A stretch of DNA of 32,000 bases from a cyanobacterium endosymbiont of Epithemia turgida isolate EtSB Lake Yunoko (GTDB lineage Bacteria > Cyanobacteriota > Cyanobacteriia > Cyanobacteriales > Microcystaceae), in the NCBI RefSeq assembly GCF_000829235.1, contig NZ_AP012549.1, positions 2,670,001 to 2,702,000 on the forward strand. The letters run 5' to 3'. A program made the position numbers and the translations under genes. Under the pieces are notes generated by a model. It had not been told where the DNA came from and did not search any database. It worked only from the letters and a program-made list of their open reading frames with translations. Below are positions 1 to 9,259 of the stretch, in pieces; the stretch's first letter is position 1, and each line of letters starts with the position of its first letter.

Positions 1-212
1 TCCAAATATCAAGTTTAGGATAAGTTTGTTTAAGATAAATGAACATTGAGCCCCCATCAGAAAACGGTTCCCGATATTCTGTATACTTAGATAAATTTTT
101 AGGAAGATGTTGAATAATTTGGTTGAATAATTTGTTTGATAGCCTTTTATTTCCCCCCAGAAAAGCGTAAAGGACTTTTAACTAAACTCTTTTTTTGAGA
201 TGTTCTCGTCAT
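1..212 (-). pseudogene. D12-class N6-adenine DNA methyltransferase (Dam-like), 5' portion running off the window, frameshifted
   Basis: From the ATG at 212, frame A reads MTRTSQKKSLVKSPLRFSGGK and stops at 147-149. The adjacent frame has no usable start but continues GGNKRLSNKLFNQIIQHLPKNLSKYTEYREPFSDGGSMFIYLKQTYPKLDIW to position 1. This fits the Dam N-terminal pattern (GG/GN-K ... LP ... Y-x-EPF-x-GGGS-x-F). The two frames meet at the C6 (G6 on the coding strand) run at 153-158, and removing one G restores a single frame. Confidence 0.5.
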
Positions 213-235
213 ATAATTTTAATTATAAATTAATA

Positions 236-877
236 TCAATTAACTACTGACATACCATAAAAAGGCATCACATCTGACCAATGAGGGCGTTTACCCTGTT
301 GCCAATCATAATAAGCTAATTTGAGAAGACTAGTCACAGTAAAACCTAATTTTTTAGGGGTGACTAAAGGTTTTTTATTAAAATTTAAATGTTGTATTTT
401 TTGTCCCCAAATATTAGGCTCAATCACCATATCAGGTAAAGTAAGAATAAATTTTTGGTTTTGATTTATAACTTTATAAATAGCGACATACAATTTTTCA
501 CGTGAGGCTGACATTTGAACAGGAATTAACGAATTAACGGAATAATTATCTTTATTTTGCCAAGCAAAAGCTTCTAAAGTTGAAATGCCAAAAAGGGGAA
601 TATTCAACTGCTGTGCCAACGTCCGTGCTGTAACTACACCAATACGAGTACTGGTAAAACTTCCTGGCCCTTTTGCAACAGCAATAAATGCCAATTTCTC
701 CAAAACTTTGTAGCTAATAAATTCAACTAAATGTTGATGTAAGTAGGTAGATAGTTCGTGATCAACATCCCAAGTTTTAAAACGGGTTTCTTTTGAAAAA
801 TCACTAATACTTAGTCCAAGCTGAAAGCTAGTTGTATGTAAAGCAAGACCGTACTGAGAAGAAGTAAAGTTAGACAT
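236..877 (-). CDS. tsaB: tRNA threonylcarbamoyladenosine (t6A) biosynthesis protein TsaB (YeaZ family)
   Basis: 213-aa ORF. The stretch AFIAVAKGPGSFTSTRIGVVTARTLAQQLNIPLFGISTLEA matches the TsaB/YeaZ GPGSFTG-R-G core, and the length is typical. Confidence 0.8.
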   Translation of the reverse strand: MSNFTSSQYGLALHTTSFQLGLSISDFSKETRFKTWDVDHELSTYLHQHLVEFISYKVLEKLAFIAVAKGPGSFTSTRIGVVTARTLAQQLNIPLFGISTLEAFAWQNKDNYSVNSLIPVQMSASREKLYVAIYKVINQNQKFILTLPDMVIEPNIWGQKIQHLNFNKKPLVTPKKLGFTVTSLLKLAYYDWQQGKRPHWSDVMPFYGMSVVN

Positions 878-1220
878 TTGATGTTAATAGTAATCAAGAT
901 TAAGGAGCTGGTCTATTAAATACTAGAATCTTAGATATAGCGTCAGTTAATTATTCATAAATATAAATTAATTCATATAATTTAATCAAATATAACACCT
1001 CATAAGATATAGTGATTTATAAAGACATTACTTAACTTATAGCTATTACTTAAACCAATGAATTAGATTTTTATATAAATTCTTTTCTCTGTTTATCCCA
1101 TCTAAAAAATCAAAGATTGAATCGAGGTAAAATCTAAATAAATATCGGTCTTCTCTCTAAACCTATTAGTTATAATACAATGGTATATTGAGCTTAGCGT
1201 GACTTTACTAAGAGAAACCT

Positions 1221-2471
1221 GTGAGAAACTCCGTCGATCTTCACACCCCCGAGGCGTTTGATTATAATGAGTTTGATACCTATGTCATGCGCACCTATGA
1301 GCGTTTCCCTATTGCTATCGAAAAGGGGCAAGGGTGTCGTCTCTGGGATACTGAGGGACGAGAATATTTAGACTTTGTCGCAGGAATTGCCACTTGTACT
1401 CTTGGCCACGCCCATCCTGCTTTAATCGAAACAGTTACCCAACAAATACAAAAACTCCACCACGCCTCGAATTTTTACTATATTCCCGAACAGGGAGCTT
1501 TAGCTAAGTGGCTTGTGGATTATTCCTGTGCTGATAGCGTCTTTTTCTGCAATTCTGGTGCAGAAGCTAATGAAGCAGCCATTAAACTAGTCAGAAAATA
1601 CGCCCATACGGTGCTAGACTCCTGCGAACAGCCCGTAATTCTAACCGCTAAAAGCAGTTTTCACGGGCGCACCCTAGCCACTATTAGTGCTACTGGACAA
1701 CCCAAGTATCAAAAAGATTTTGACCCCTTAGTGCCTGGATTTGTCTATGTCCCCTACAACGATATCAAAACGGTGGAAGACACGATTACTGACCTACATA
1801 AAAAGAACAGTCGAGTAGTTGCTGTCATGTTAGAACCTCTTCAAGGAGAGGGAGGAGTTCGTCCAGGAGATTTAGAGTATTTTCTGCAGTTGCGGAAAAT
1901 TTGTGATGAAAATAATATTCTTTTAGTATTTGATGAAGTCCAAGTCGGGATAGGCCGTTCCGGCAAATTGTGGGGTTACGAATATTTAGGGGTTGAACCA
2001 GATATTTTCACTAGCGCGAAAGGACTAGCCGGAGGTATTCCCATTGGGGCGATGATGTGTAAAAGATTCTGCGATGTCTTAAGTCCAGGAACCCATGCGA
2101 GCACCTTTGGGGGGAACCCCTTTGTTACTGCCGTAGCTTTGACAGTATTAAAAACCATTAAGAAAGAAAATCTCTTACAGAATGTTCAAGCTAGAGGAGA
2201 ACAGTTAAGAGCTAGCTTACGAGCGATCACTCAAAAATATCCTACTTTATTTACAGAGGTTAGAGGATGGGGCTTAATCAATGGAATAGAATTAAAACAA
2301 GAGATTAAATTAACATCTCTAGATATCGTTAAAGCAGCAATAAAAGATGGGTTGCTATTGGCCCCAGCCGGACCAAAAGTATTACGGTTTATTCCCCCTT
2401 TAATTGTCTCTGAAACGGAGATAGAACAAGCGACGGAAATTCTAGGACAGGTGTTAGTAAAGATAAGTTAA
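1221..2471 (+). CDS. argD: Acetylornithine aminotransferase (class-III PLP aminotransferase)
   Basis: 416-aa ORF starting at GTG 1221. Motifs present: GHAHPALIETV, NSGAEANEAAIKLVRKY, FDEVQVGIGRSGKLWGYE, FTSAKGLAGGIPIGA (PLP lysine region) and THASTFGGNP. Confidence 0.88.
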   Translation: MRNSVDLHTPEAFDYNEFDTYVMRTYERFPIAIEKGQGCRLWDTEGREYLDFVAGIATCTLGHAHPALIETVTQQIQKLHHASNFYYIPEQGALAKWLVDYSCADSVFFCNSGAEANEAAIKLVRKYAHTVLDSCEQPVILTAKSSFHGRTLATISATGQPKYQKDFDPLVPGFVYVPYNDIKTVEDTITDLHKKNSRVVAVMLEPLQGEGGVRPGDLEYFLQLRKICDENNILLVFDEVQVGIGRSGKLWGYEYLGVEPDIFTSAKGLAGGIPIGAMMCKRFCDVLSPGTHASTFGGNPFVTAVALTVLKTIKKENLLQNVQARGEQLRASLRAITQKYPTLFTEVRGWGLINGIELKQEIKLTSLDIVKAAIKDGLLLAPAGPKVLRFIPPLIVSETEIEQATEILGQVLVKIS

Positions 2472-2569
2472 TAGAGTTCTATCAAACCTGTCAAGTAAGA
2501 CTAACACTTTAATAGATGAGGAAACGCGGAGGGGAAAAGAGAATAGAAAATGCTGGAGAGGCGTTGCCA

Positions 2570-2623
2570 GAGCTAAACTTCTCCTACCAAAGAGAGATAA
2601 AGTTTAGCTCAATCTCGTTTTTT
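2570..2623 (+). terminator. Hairpin plus T-run downstream of argD (weak terminator candidate)
   Basis: A perfect 11-bp stem (gagctaaactt 2570-2580 pairing with aagtttagctc 2600-2610) encloses a 19-nt loop. A T6 run follows at 2618-2623. The large loop and the 7-nt gap before the T-run are non-canonical. Confidence 0.3.
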
Positions 2624-2960
2624 ATTAACTTAACCTTGCGCCATGATTAGGTATCTGATGTATTCTTCCCTATATTGCATCCCTCTGCTATGCTAGCTCA
2701 AATTGGGGCAATATTAGTTCCAACTTATTGGACCATACCATGTAGTTAATCTTTAAGAAAAATTATGGTGATTAAATAGCACTTCTAAGTAAGATATACG
2801 GTTTTTACCGAAAAAAGCTTTTAAAGTCATGAATATCTGATCATTTGTTTTAATTTTTCCTCTTAACTGTTTCCTCTTCTTGATTCCCAACTATCAGTTT
2901 ATTATCTTAAGTTATGTAGAATTTATTTTATTTTTTAAAAAACTTAACTCTTGATTGATT

Positions 2961-3057
2961 AAATCTCATTTGGCGATGATTAATCTTGAAATAGACTACT
3001 TTCTCTGCCCAATGCAAATATCTAATAGTTAATTAATTATTGTGATGAAGTTTATTA
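2961..3057 (+). repeat. Copy A of a diverged inverted repeat flanking hisIE
   Basis: Hand alignment of 2961-3050 to the reverse complement of 5168-5253 gives about 69 identical of 90 columns with one 4-nt indel. It includes the exact 10-mer tgtgatgaag. Weaker similarity continues outward on both sides, to about 2893 and about 3095. Confidence 0.7.
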
Positions 3058-3074
3058 GTAGTTAAACCACAATC

Positions 3075-3132
3075 AATCACCATTACTATTGGTCTTATTT
3101 TTTAAAAAATAAGACCAATAGTAATGGTGATT
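3075..3132. repeat. 58-bp perfect palindrome (29-bp arms, no spacer)
   Basis: The left arm 3075-3103 (aatcaccattactattggtcttatttttt) is the exact reverse complement of 3104-3132, checked base by base. Confidence 0.95.
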
Positions 3133-3673
3133 CTCTTTAATAACGGATTTTATTTAAATAGGTTGAAGTGAAGAAATGAAAAAAACTGATTAGAAAAAAA
3201 ATGAAGCAATGCTACATAGATATTTACCCTAAAATAATAACCACTAATAATAAAATTAATCAAGCAATTCAATACCTGGTCGAGAATGTTCAAGTCAATC
3301 ATAGTTTTGTTAATCGTCTCCCTATACATTATAAAATAATAAAAACTATAGAACTATTTTCTTATGGCTTAGAGAAAGTCTCTTTACTCAAGGCATAACA
3401 ACTTGATATAGTATAAAAATTACTCGAACAAAATAACAATACTATTCCGCAGAAACTGAATACTCACTTACATAGAAAATAGGTGTTATAGTTATTATTT
3501 CTGCTATGCATCGTGTTGACAAAAAATTTGACTTACCCTAAAACAACACCTTTTTATTTATTAAGAATTAACGGTTAGTTAAATTAATTTTTTATAGCTA
3601 TTCTACACTTTTATTCAAAAAGCTAATAAAAAATTAAAATTGTAATAATTTTAATTTCTAAATACTCCAAAAA

Positions 3674-3706
3674 CTTTAATAATTTTTTTAAAAAAAATTA
3701 TTAAAG
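3674..3706. repeat. 33-bp perfect palindrome (16-bp arms, 1-nt centre)
   Basis: ctttaataattttttt (3674-3689), centre a (3690), aaaaaaattattaaag (3691-3706). The sequence is almost entirely A/T. Confidence 0.9.
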
Positions 3707-4179
3707 AAAGTAATAATAAGTTTTTTATATTGTTTAGCCAAACTTTCAGGCCCAAAATTAGTATCTATAATTTACAAATATTTTTTATCCGTAAATATCT
3801 TTGACTTTTTTAATTGTTTAGCTAGAATGATTAATAATAATTTTAAATAGCAAGTTTAGGTGTTCTACTTAGTTATAATTATTGTCCTTATATTAACTTA
3901 ATAGATGAGACTTTAACTACTCTATTGGTTCATGCGTAATCCTATTGTTGCTCCCCAAATCTATCATTATAATTACCATAATTCAACTTATATTATCTCC
4001 CTAAAAGGGATTTAAGCTAGAGCAGACAATCTTAAAAGTTAATAAAGTGAAAAAATTTTCATTTTAATATCAAGTATCATAGTGATGATAACTGTTTGTT
4101 ACAAAAACGATTAGTTTCAGTATATAAAATTCGACAGTTGTCTTCACCGCAAAAGAATACAGTTATTAAATAACCCAAG

Positions 4180-4824
4180 ATGTTTTCTTCCACTAATGCC
4201 ATTCCAGTAAATAACATTCGATACAATGAACAAGGATTAGTTCCTGTGATCACCCAGGATTATTTGGATGGAACAGTTTTAATGATGGCTTGGATGAACC
4301 GAGAGTCTTTAGAAAGAACTTTAGTAACAGGAGAAACATGGTATTGGAGTCGCTCTCGACAGGAATTATGGCATAAAGGGATGACCTCTGGATATATTCA
4401 AAAGGTTAAAGAAATGCGCTATGACTGCGATAGTGATGCCTTATTAATTACGGTGGAACAACTTGGAGATATTGCTTGTCACACGGGAGAAAGAAGCTGT
4501 TTTCACCAAGTAGAAAGTCGAAAAGTAGCCCCCCCAGCTGATACCTTATCGGGGGTCTTTGAAGTAATCTGTAATCGTCGAGATCATCCTGTTAAGGGAT
4601 CGTATACCTGCAGTTTATTAGAGGGAAAAGACAATAAAATTCTTAAAAAAATAGGAGAAGAATCAGCCGAAGTAATAATGGCTTGTAAGGATAACAATCC
4701 AGAGGCAATCGCCTCTGAGGTAGCTGATTTGTTCTATCATACTTTGGTGGCCTTATCTTATCATCAAGTTGATATTAAAAACGTTTATCGGAAGTTACAA
4801 GATAGAAGACAACAAAATTCATAA
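4180..4824 (+). CDS. hisIE: Bifunctional phosphoribosyl-AMP cyclohydrolase / phosphoribosyl-ATP pyrophosphatase
   Basis: 214 aa. The N-terminal HisI part reads [23 protein letters not shown]...[28 protein letters not shown]. The C-terminal HisE part reads [16 protein letters not shown]...[13 protein letters not shown]. Confidence 0.92.
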   Translation: MFSSTNAIPVNNIRYNEQGLVPVITQDYLDGTVLMMAWMNRESLERTLVTGETWYWSRSRQELWHKGMTSGYIQKVKEMRYDCDSDALLITVEQLGDIACHTGERSCFHQVESRKVAPPADTLSGVFEVICNRRDHPVKGSYTCSLLEGKDNKILKKIGEESAEVIMACKDNNPEAIASEVADLFYHTLVALSYHQVDIKNVYRKLQDRRQQNS

Positions 4825-4917
4825 ATGTGGTTTTGCCAAACCGGTCATATAAAAGCCCGAAATATAAAGATAAAGTTTTAGTATAAATCAAAGGCTTTTC
4901 TGAAGGAATGTTATTAG

Positions 4918-4955
4918 CAATAACGGCTGTATAGCTTATAATACAGCCGTTATTG
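4918..4955. terminator. Perfect 15-bp stem hairpin between the convergent hisIE and GT2 genes
   Basis: caataacggctgtat (4918-4932) pairs with atacagccgttattg (4941-4955) around an 8-nt loop. It lies about 95 nt after the hisIE stop. No flanking T-run is present, so a terminator role is uncertain. Confidence 0.4.
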
Positions 4956-5160
4956 GATTCAAATTAAATTATATTAGTCTCGATATTTTAACTTTATTGA
5001 TACCTATAGGATTAAATGCTTCAATCACTTTAATGAATAAAATTCTAGATTTATAAAAGTTTACCATTACCCACTATCAGGTTTTAAATGAAATAGGAAT
5101 AATTTAATCTATCGAAACAATAGACCAAAAAGCAATTTATATTTTGTGTGTTTAAACCGT

Positions 5161-5253
5161 CAGAAAACTTCATCACAATAATTAACTATGAGAGATTCAC
5201 CTTGGACAGAGAGAGCTGTCTATTTCAGAATTGATCTTCGTTAAATAAGATCT
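5161..5253 (-). repeat. Copy B of the diverged inverted repeat flanking hisIE
   Basis: The reverse complement aligns to 2961-3057 (see copy A). This copy begins about 64 nt downstream of the GT2 stop codon on the GT2 coding strand. Confidence 0.7.
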
Positions 5254-5316
5254 AATAAATATAGAAATAAATTTATACAAAAGTATAGTTATCTATGATA
5301 TATTTGAACTTAAATT

Positions 5317-6549
5317 TTAAGATAAGTGATCAACTGAATAAACTCTTCCCTTCCAACGTCCTCCTTTTCCTCGCCAATGACGTAATGCAGAGTCTATGGT
5401 CATCAACAAATATAAAAAGGAAATTGCGGGTAAACTAATTGACCATAATAACGAGGTTTTATATAACCGCAAAGTTGGTAAATAGGAAATACTCATTAAT
5501 AGCCAGGTAATTCCTCCTAAACTAGTAATTAAACTATTGCCAACGACTAAACCCCAAATCAAACTAACCGGAGGAACAATATAAATTATGGTTAGCCCCA
5601 TAACAGTCCCTATGAGTAAAAGTGGAGAATAATTTAATTGAGTATAAGCAGTTCTAGCTACCATATCCCAAATAGTTTCTAGGGAATCATAAGGTCGTAA
5701 ACTACAAGTTTTTTCACTCAATCCTAACCAAATACCTTGAGGAGGATTTTCTGAAACATCTTGTAGCTTTAATTTAACGGCTGCTGCCAGAGAACAATCA
5801 TCGATCAAAGCCTGACGGACAATTTCAAGTCCTCCCACCTGTTCTAGAATGTCTTGACGAATTAAAATACAACCTCCTGCAGCGGCTGCCATTTTATGAT
5901 GAGGATCATTTACCCACAAAAAAGGATATAGTTTTTCAAAGAAGAAAACAAAAGCAGGAATCAAAAACTGTTCCCAGATACTTTGACAACGCAACCGAAC
6001 CATTAAGGAGGTCAGGGCTAAGTTTTCTTGTTGAGATTTACCTACTAACTCCCGTAGATTGGTTTTATGATGTTCAATATCAGCATCAGTGAAAAGAATA
6101 TAATCTGGGTGTAAATTTTGTTCTTTGATGTATTTAATTCCTTGTTCCATTGCCCATAATTTTCCTGACCATCCCGAGGATAATAGCTCTCCAGAAATAA
6201 CAGTTAGCCGATCAGTTTTATCAAAAATTGTGGCTAATTCATAGGCTATTTCTGTAGTTCCATCATCACTTTGATCATCAACTAGAATGATTTTAAAATC
6301 ACCTAAATAATCTTGATTGAGCAATGATATTAAACTAACGGGTAAAACATCTGCTTCATTTCTAGCAGGGATAACTACACAAACAGACGGATAAGTAGTC
6401 AACGAAATTTTTTCTGGATCTATTTTTTGATTAGATAACCAGAATTTCCCTCTAAAGAGTAACAGATATAACCATATTATTAATGATAATATAGTAATAA
6501 TAGTTATTATTGAGGTGTTCTCCATGATTTTAATGAGTATGGCATTCAC
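5317..6549 (-). CDS. Family-2 glycosyltransferase, HpnB-like (hopanoid-associated type)
   Basis: 410 aa with an N-terminal TM helix. Motifs: VVIPARNEADVLPVSLISLLNQDY, ILVDDQSDDGT, WSGKLWAMEQG, FTDADIEHH, SLMVRLRCQS, IPAFVFFFEKLYPF-WVNDP, AAAAGGCILIR, LIDDCSLA. I recall this combination from HpnB-type GT2 enzymes. An alternative start is the ATG at 6525. Confidence 0.78.
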   Translation of the reverse strand: MNAILIKIMENTSIITIITILSLIIWLYLLLFRGKFWLSNQKIDPEKISLTTYPSVCVVIPARNEADVLPVSLISLLNQDYLGDFKIILVDDQSDDGTTEIAYELATIFDKTDRLTVISGELLSSGWSGKLWAMEQGIKYIKEQNLHPDYILFTDADIEHHKTNLRELVGKSQQENLALTSLMVRLRCQSIWEQFLIPAFVFFFEKLYPFLWVNDPHHKMAAAAGGCILIRQDILEQVGGLEIVRQALIDDCSLAAAVKLKLQDVSENPPQGIWLGLSEKTCSLRPYDSLETIWDMVARTAYTQLNYSPLLLIGTVMGLTIIYIVPPVSLIWGLVVGNSLITSLGGITWLLMSISYLPTLRLYKTSLLWSISLPAISFLYLLMTIDSALRHWRGKGGRWKGRVYSVDHLS

Positions 6550-6579
6550 ATTTTAGTTTTTGGCAAAAATGAACAGTGT

Positions 6580-7356
6580 TCAAAGAATCAACTGGGCTTG
6601 GGAATTAAAGAATTTACGATAAACTCCTTCTGTAACTAAAATAGCAGTCAATAAATTACTAAAAACAATCATAAATAGAATTAAAATTTGATAAGAAGCA
6701 GCAGTTAAAGGATCAATTCCGGCTAACACTTGTCCTGTAAACATCCCAGGTAAACTGACGATTCCTACTACCATCATTTGATTTAAAGTTGGAATTAATC
6801 CAATGCGAATAGCCTCTTTACGATAAGAAGCTATAGCCTGTTTTGGTGTTGCTCCCAAACACAGATGAGTTTCCACTTCTAAGCGATTTTGAGCAATCAT
6901 ACTTCCTAATCTTTCCCCAGTCAAAGAAGCACTATTCATGGAATTTCCCAAAATCATACCGGTTAAAGGAATTAAATACTGGGGGGAGTACCAAACATCG
7001 GGTCGGATAATAACAATTAGAGAATAACTTAGAGTTAATACACTACTTACCAACAATGCTCCCAAAACAACGGGGAATAAACTATGTTTTTGATGAGTAA
7101 TACGGTTATTAGCTGCTATGGCGGCAATAGTTAACATAATCCCTAAAATTCCTAGAACAGCGAGGGGATTATCCAACTCAAATATTACTAATAAAACCGA
7201 ACTCACTACTAACAACTGTAGAAGTGATCTCCCCGCAGCTAAGATTAATTGTCCTTCTAACTCTAGTTTTTGCCAATTTGACAAACCTATAGCCATAGTA
7301 ATAATACCAGATGACCATATCAAGTCCATTGTATCTAATGTAATGAAATCATCCAC
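6580..7356 (-). CDS. ABC-type permease of the UPF0014 / YbbM-FetB family
   Basis: 258 aa, polytopic. TLNQMMVVGIVSLPGMFTGQVLAGIDPLTAASYQILILFMI is typical of the FetB/YbbM family. No adjacent ATPase gene. Confidence 0.7.
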   Translation of the reverse strand: MDDFITLDTMDLIWSSGIITMAIGLSNWQKLELEGQLILAAGRSLLQLLVVSSVLLVIFELDNPLAVLGILGIMLTIAAIAANNRITHQKHSLFPVVLGALLVSSVLTLSYSLIVIIRPDVWYSPQYLIPLTGMILGNSMNSASLTGERLGSMIAQNRLEVETHLCLGATPKQAIASYRKEAIRIGLIPTLNQMMVVGIVSLPGMFTGQVLAGIDPLTAASYQILILFMIVFSNLLTAILVTEGVYRKFFNSQAQLIL

Positions 7357-7386
7357 GATAAATTAACTCCCATATTGTCGAAGAAA

Positions 7387-7968
7387 TTAACTATAGTAGG
7401 AGGGTTCATTCCCAGATTTCCATTTAATGCTACAACCCAGACTAGGTTTTTGGTCATTGTTAACAGGGGTTTCTTCTAAAGTGGCTTCTATCGCCGCTCT
7501 TAAATCTTTACCCGTGACGGGGATATCATTCCCTGGACGACTATCGTCTAACTGTCCCCGATAAGTTAACTTAAAGTCACTATCAAAAAGGAAAAAATCA
7601 GGTGTACAAGCGGCAGTATAAGCTTTAGTTGTTTCTTGACTCTCATCATAACAAATAGGAAAGTTAAATCCTAATTGTTGAGCCATCGCTTTAAGATTTT
7701 CAGGAGAATCATCAGGATAATTAGAGACATCATTGGCACTAATAGCGACAATTCCTAACCCTTGTTTAACATAATCTTCGCCTAATTTAACTAGTTCATT
7801 TTGAACGTGCTTAACAAAGGGACAATGCTGACAAATAACCATAACTAAGAGGGCTTGTTTATTAGCAAAGGTATCCAAAGAAATAAGTTTTCCCGATACT
7901 ACTTCAGGCAATTGAAAATTGGGGGCTTTTGTGCCGAGTGGTAACATCGTTGAAGGGGTTCTTGCCAT
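7387..7968 (-). CDS. Thioredoxin-fold thiol-disulfide oxidoreductase (AhpC/TSA-like family)
   Basis: 193 aa. It has a CxxC motif in VMVICQHCPFVKH and the conserved C-terminal DFFLFD...YRGQLDDSRP. Confidence 0.78.
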   Translation of the reverse strand: MARTPSTMLPLGTKAPNFQLPEVVSGKLISLDTFANKQALLVMVICQHCPFVKHVQNELVKLGEDYVKQGLGIVAISANDVSNYPDDSPENLKAMAQQLGFNFPICYDESQETTKAYTAACTPDFFLFDSDFKLTYRGQLDDSRPGNDIPVTGKDLRAAIEATLEETPVNNDQKPSLGCSIKWKSGNEPSYYS

Positions 7969-8002
7969 AATCTTAACTCCTTAGCTTTAGGTTAAAGCTA
8001 GT

Positions 8003-9124
8003 TTACAGTTCCTCTAGTAATTTATCAACTTGCTCAACCCCTTTGGGATTATCTTGCTTTTCATATAGTTGGCGAGCTTGTTTCAAGGCTTCTTTTGCTT
8101 CTCTTTTCCTTTTGCGTTCTTTATAAGCTAAGCCAAGATAATAATACGGTTCAGGAGTTTCTGGTAACATACCAATCAATTCTCGATAGGTAATAACAGC
8201 CCCTAAATAATCTTCTGTTGCCAACTGAATTCTTCCTACTCCGGCACGAGCTTCTGTTAAACTGGGATATAAGTATGTAATACGTTTATAGGTTTTGAGA
8301 GCGTGCTCAAGTTTATCTTGTTGTTCTAACAGTCTACCAATTTTCAACTGAATTTTAACTATTCCTGGAGCAAGTTTTTCAGCAAGTTTCAACTCTTTAA
8401 ATGCTTGTCCAACCTCTCCTTTTTCTAATAAAGCTGTTGCAAATAACAACCTTAAATCACTATTATGAGGGAATCTTTTCACTGCATTATCAAGATACTT
8501 AATTGCCTCATCAATTTGCTTTTGTTGAATCAAAGAAGATCCCATAATGTTAAAAGCTTCTGGATTATTGGGATTAAGAGCAATAACTCGTTTATAAGCT
8601 TGTGCTGCCCCTTCATAGTCATTTTGACGCAACAATACAACTCCTAAACCAATATAATTTTTGGCTACTTTGGGAGCAAGTTGAATGGCATAATAATAAG
8701 CTGATGCAGCGTTAGCATTATCATTAATGTTAGCTAAGCTAAATCCTAGGGCATAGTAAAATTCCGCATTATCGGAGTCAAGAGTAACAGCTTGTTGATA
8801 AGCTTTAACAGCTTGTCTATAATTTCCTTTCTTTGCGTATAAAAAGCCAATCCCTGAGAAAATTCTGGGATTTTTTCTGTCGAGAATTGCCGCTTTTTCA
8901 TAAACCGCAATAGCATTGTTATAATCTTTGGCATCTACATATTCTCGACCTAAACGGAGAAGCTCTTTTAGCTGATTACTTTGGGATGATTGCTGGACAA
9001 TAAATTGGGGGGACAAGGGACTTGCGATGGCTGGAGAAATTAGGCCACTCACTAATACACTTATTGTCCAGGGTAAGGTTGTCTTTGGAAACATAGTGTT
9101 GGAACTTTTGTGAGAATTATCCAT
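8003..9124 (-). CDS. Secreted or periplasmic TPR-repeat protein
   Basis: 373 aa with a hydrophobic signal-like N-terminus. Repeated 34-residue units follow, with the A-x-x-x-Y-x-x-A-(I/L)-x-L-(D/N)-P-x-N pattern. Confidence 0.8.
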   Translation of the reverse strand: MDNSHKSSNTMFPKTTLPWTISVLVSGLISPAIASPLSPQFIVQQSSQSNQLKELLRLGREYVDAKDYNNAIAVYEKAAILDRKNPRIFSGIGFLYAKKGNYRQAVKAYQQAVTLDSDNAEFYYALGFSLANINDNANAASAYYYAIQLAPKVAKNYIGLGVVLLRQNDYEGAAQAYKRVIALNPNNPEAFNIMGSSLIQQKQIDEAIKYLDNAVKRFPHNSDLRLLFATALLEKGEVGQAFKELKLAEKLAPGIVKIQLKIGRLLEQQDKLEHALKTYKRITYLYPSLTEARAGVGRIQLATEDYLGAVITYRELIGMLPETPEPYYYLGLAYKERKRKREAKEALKQARQLYEKQDNPKGVEQVDKLLEEL

Positions 9125-9259
9125 GAATCTTTAATCGTAAACTATACTAACCTACTTGCTTGATGATTCAGTATTTACCAAAACATTTGTCAATTAATAC
9201 AGTCAGGTTATATTGGGATGATTATCCTATCTCGTACAATTAGTGAACTTCCTTAAAAC

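Noticed and set aside
1976-2158. Short antisense or alternate-frame track ORFs inside real genes (1976-2158, 7118-7366, 8465-8647, 8746-8934, 22443-22649, 22710-22919, 24310-24492, 24846-25037, 25584-25790)
   Set aside because: Each lies fully or mostly within a longer, well-supported gene, either on the opposite strand or in another frame of the same strand. They have odd composition and no motifs, and are shadow ORFs.
3201-3398. 65-aa ORF in the argD-hisIE spacer
   Set aside because: It is extremely AT-rich and low-complexity (N/I/K-rich). It has no recognisable motif or ribosome-binding context and sits in stop-dense decayed DNA, so it is most likely a chance ORF.
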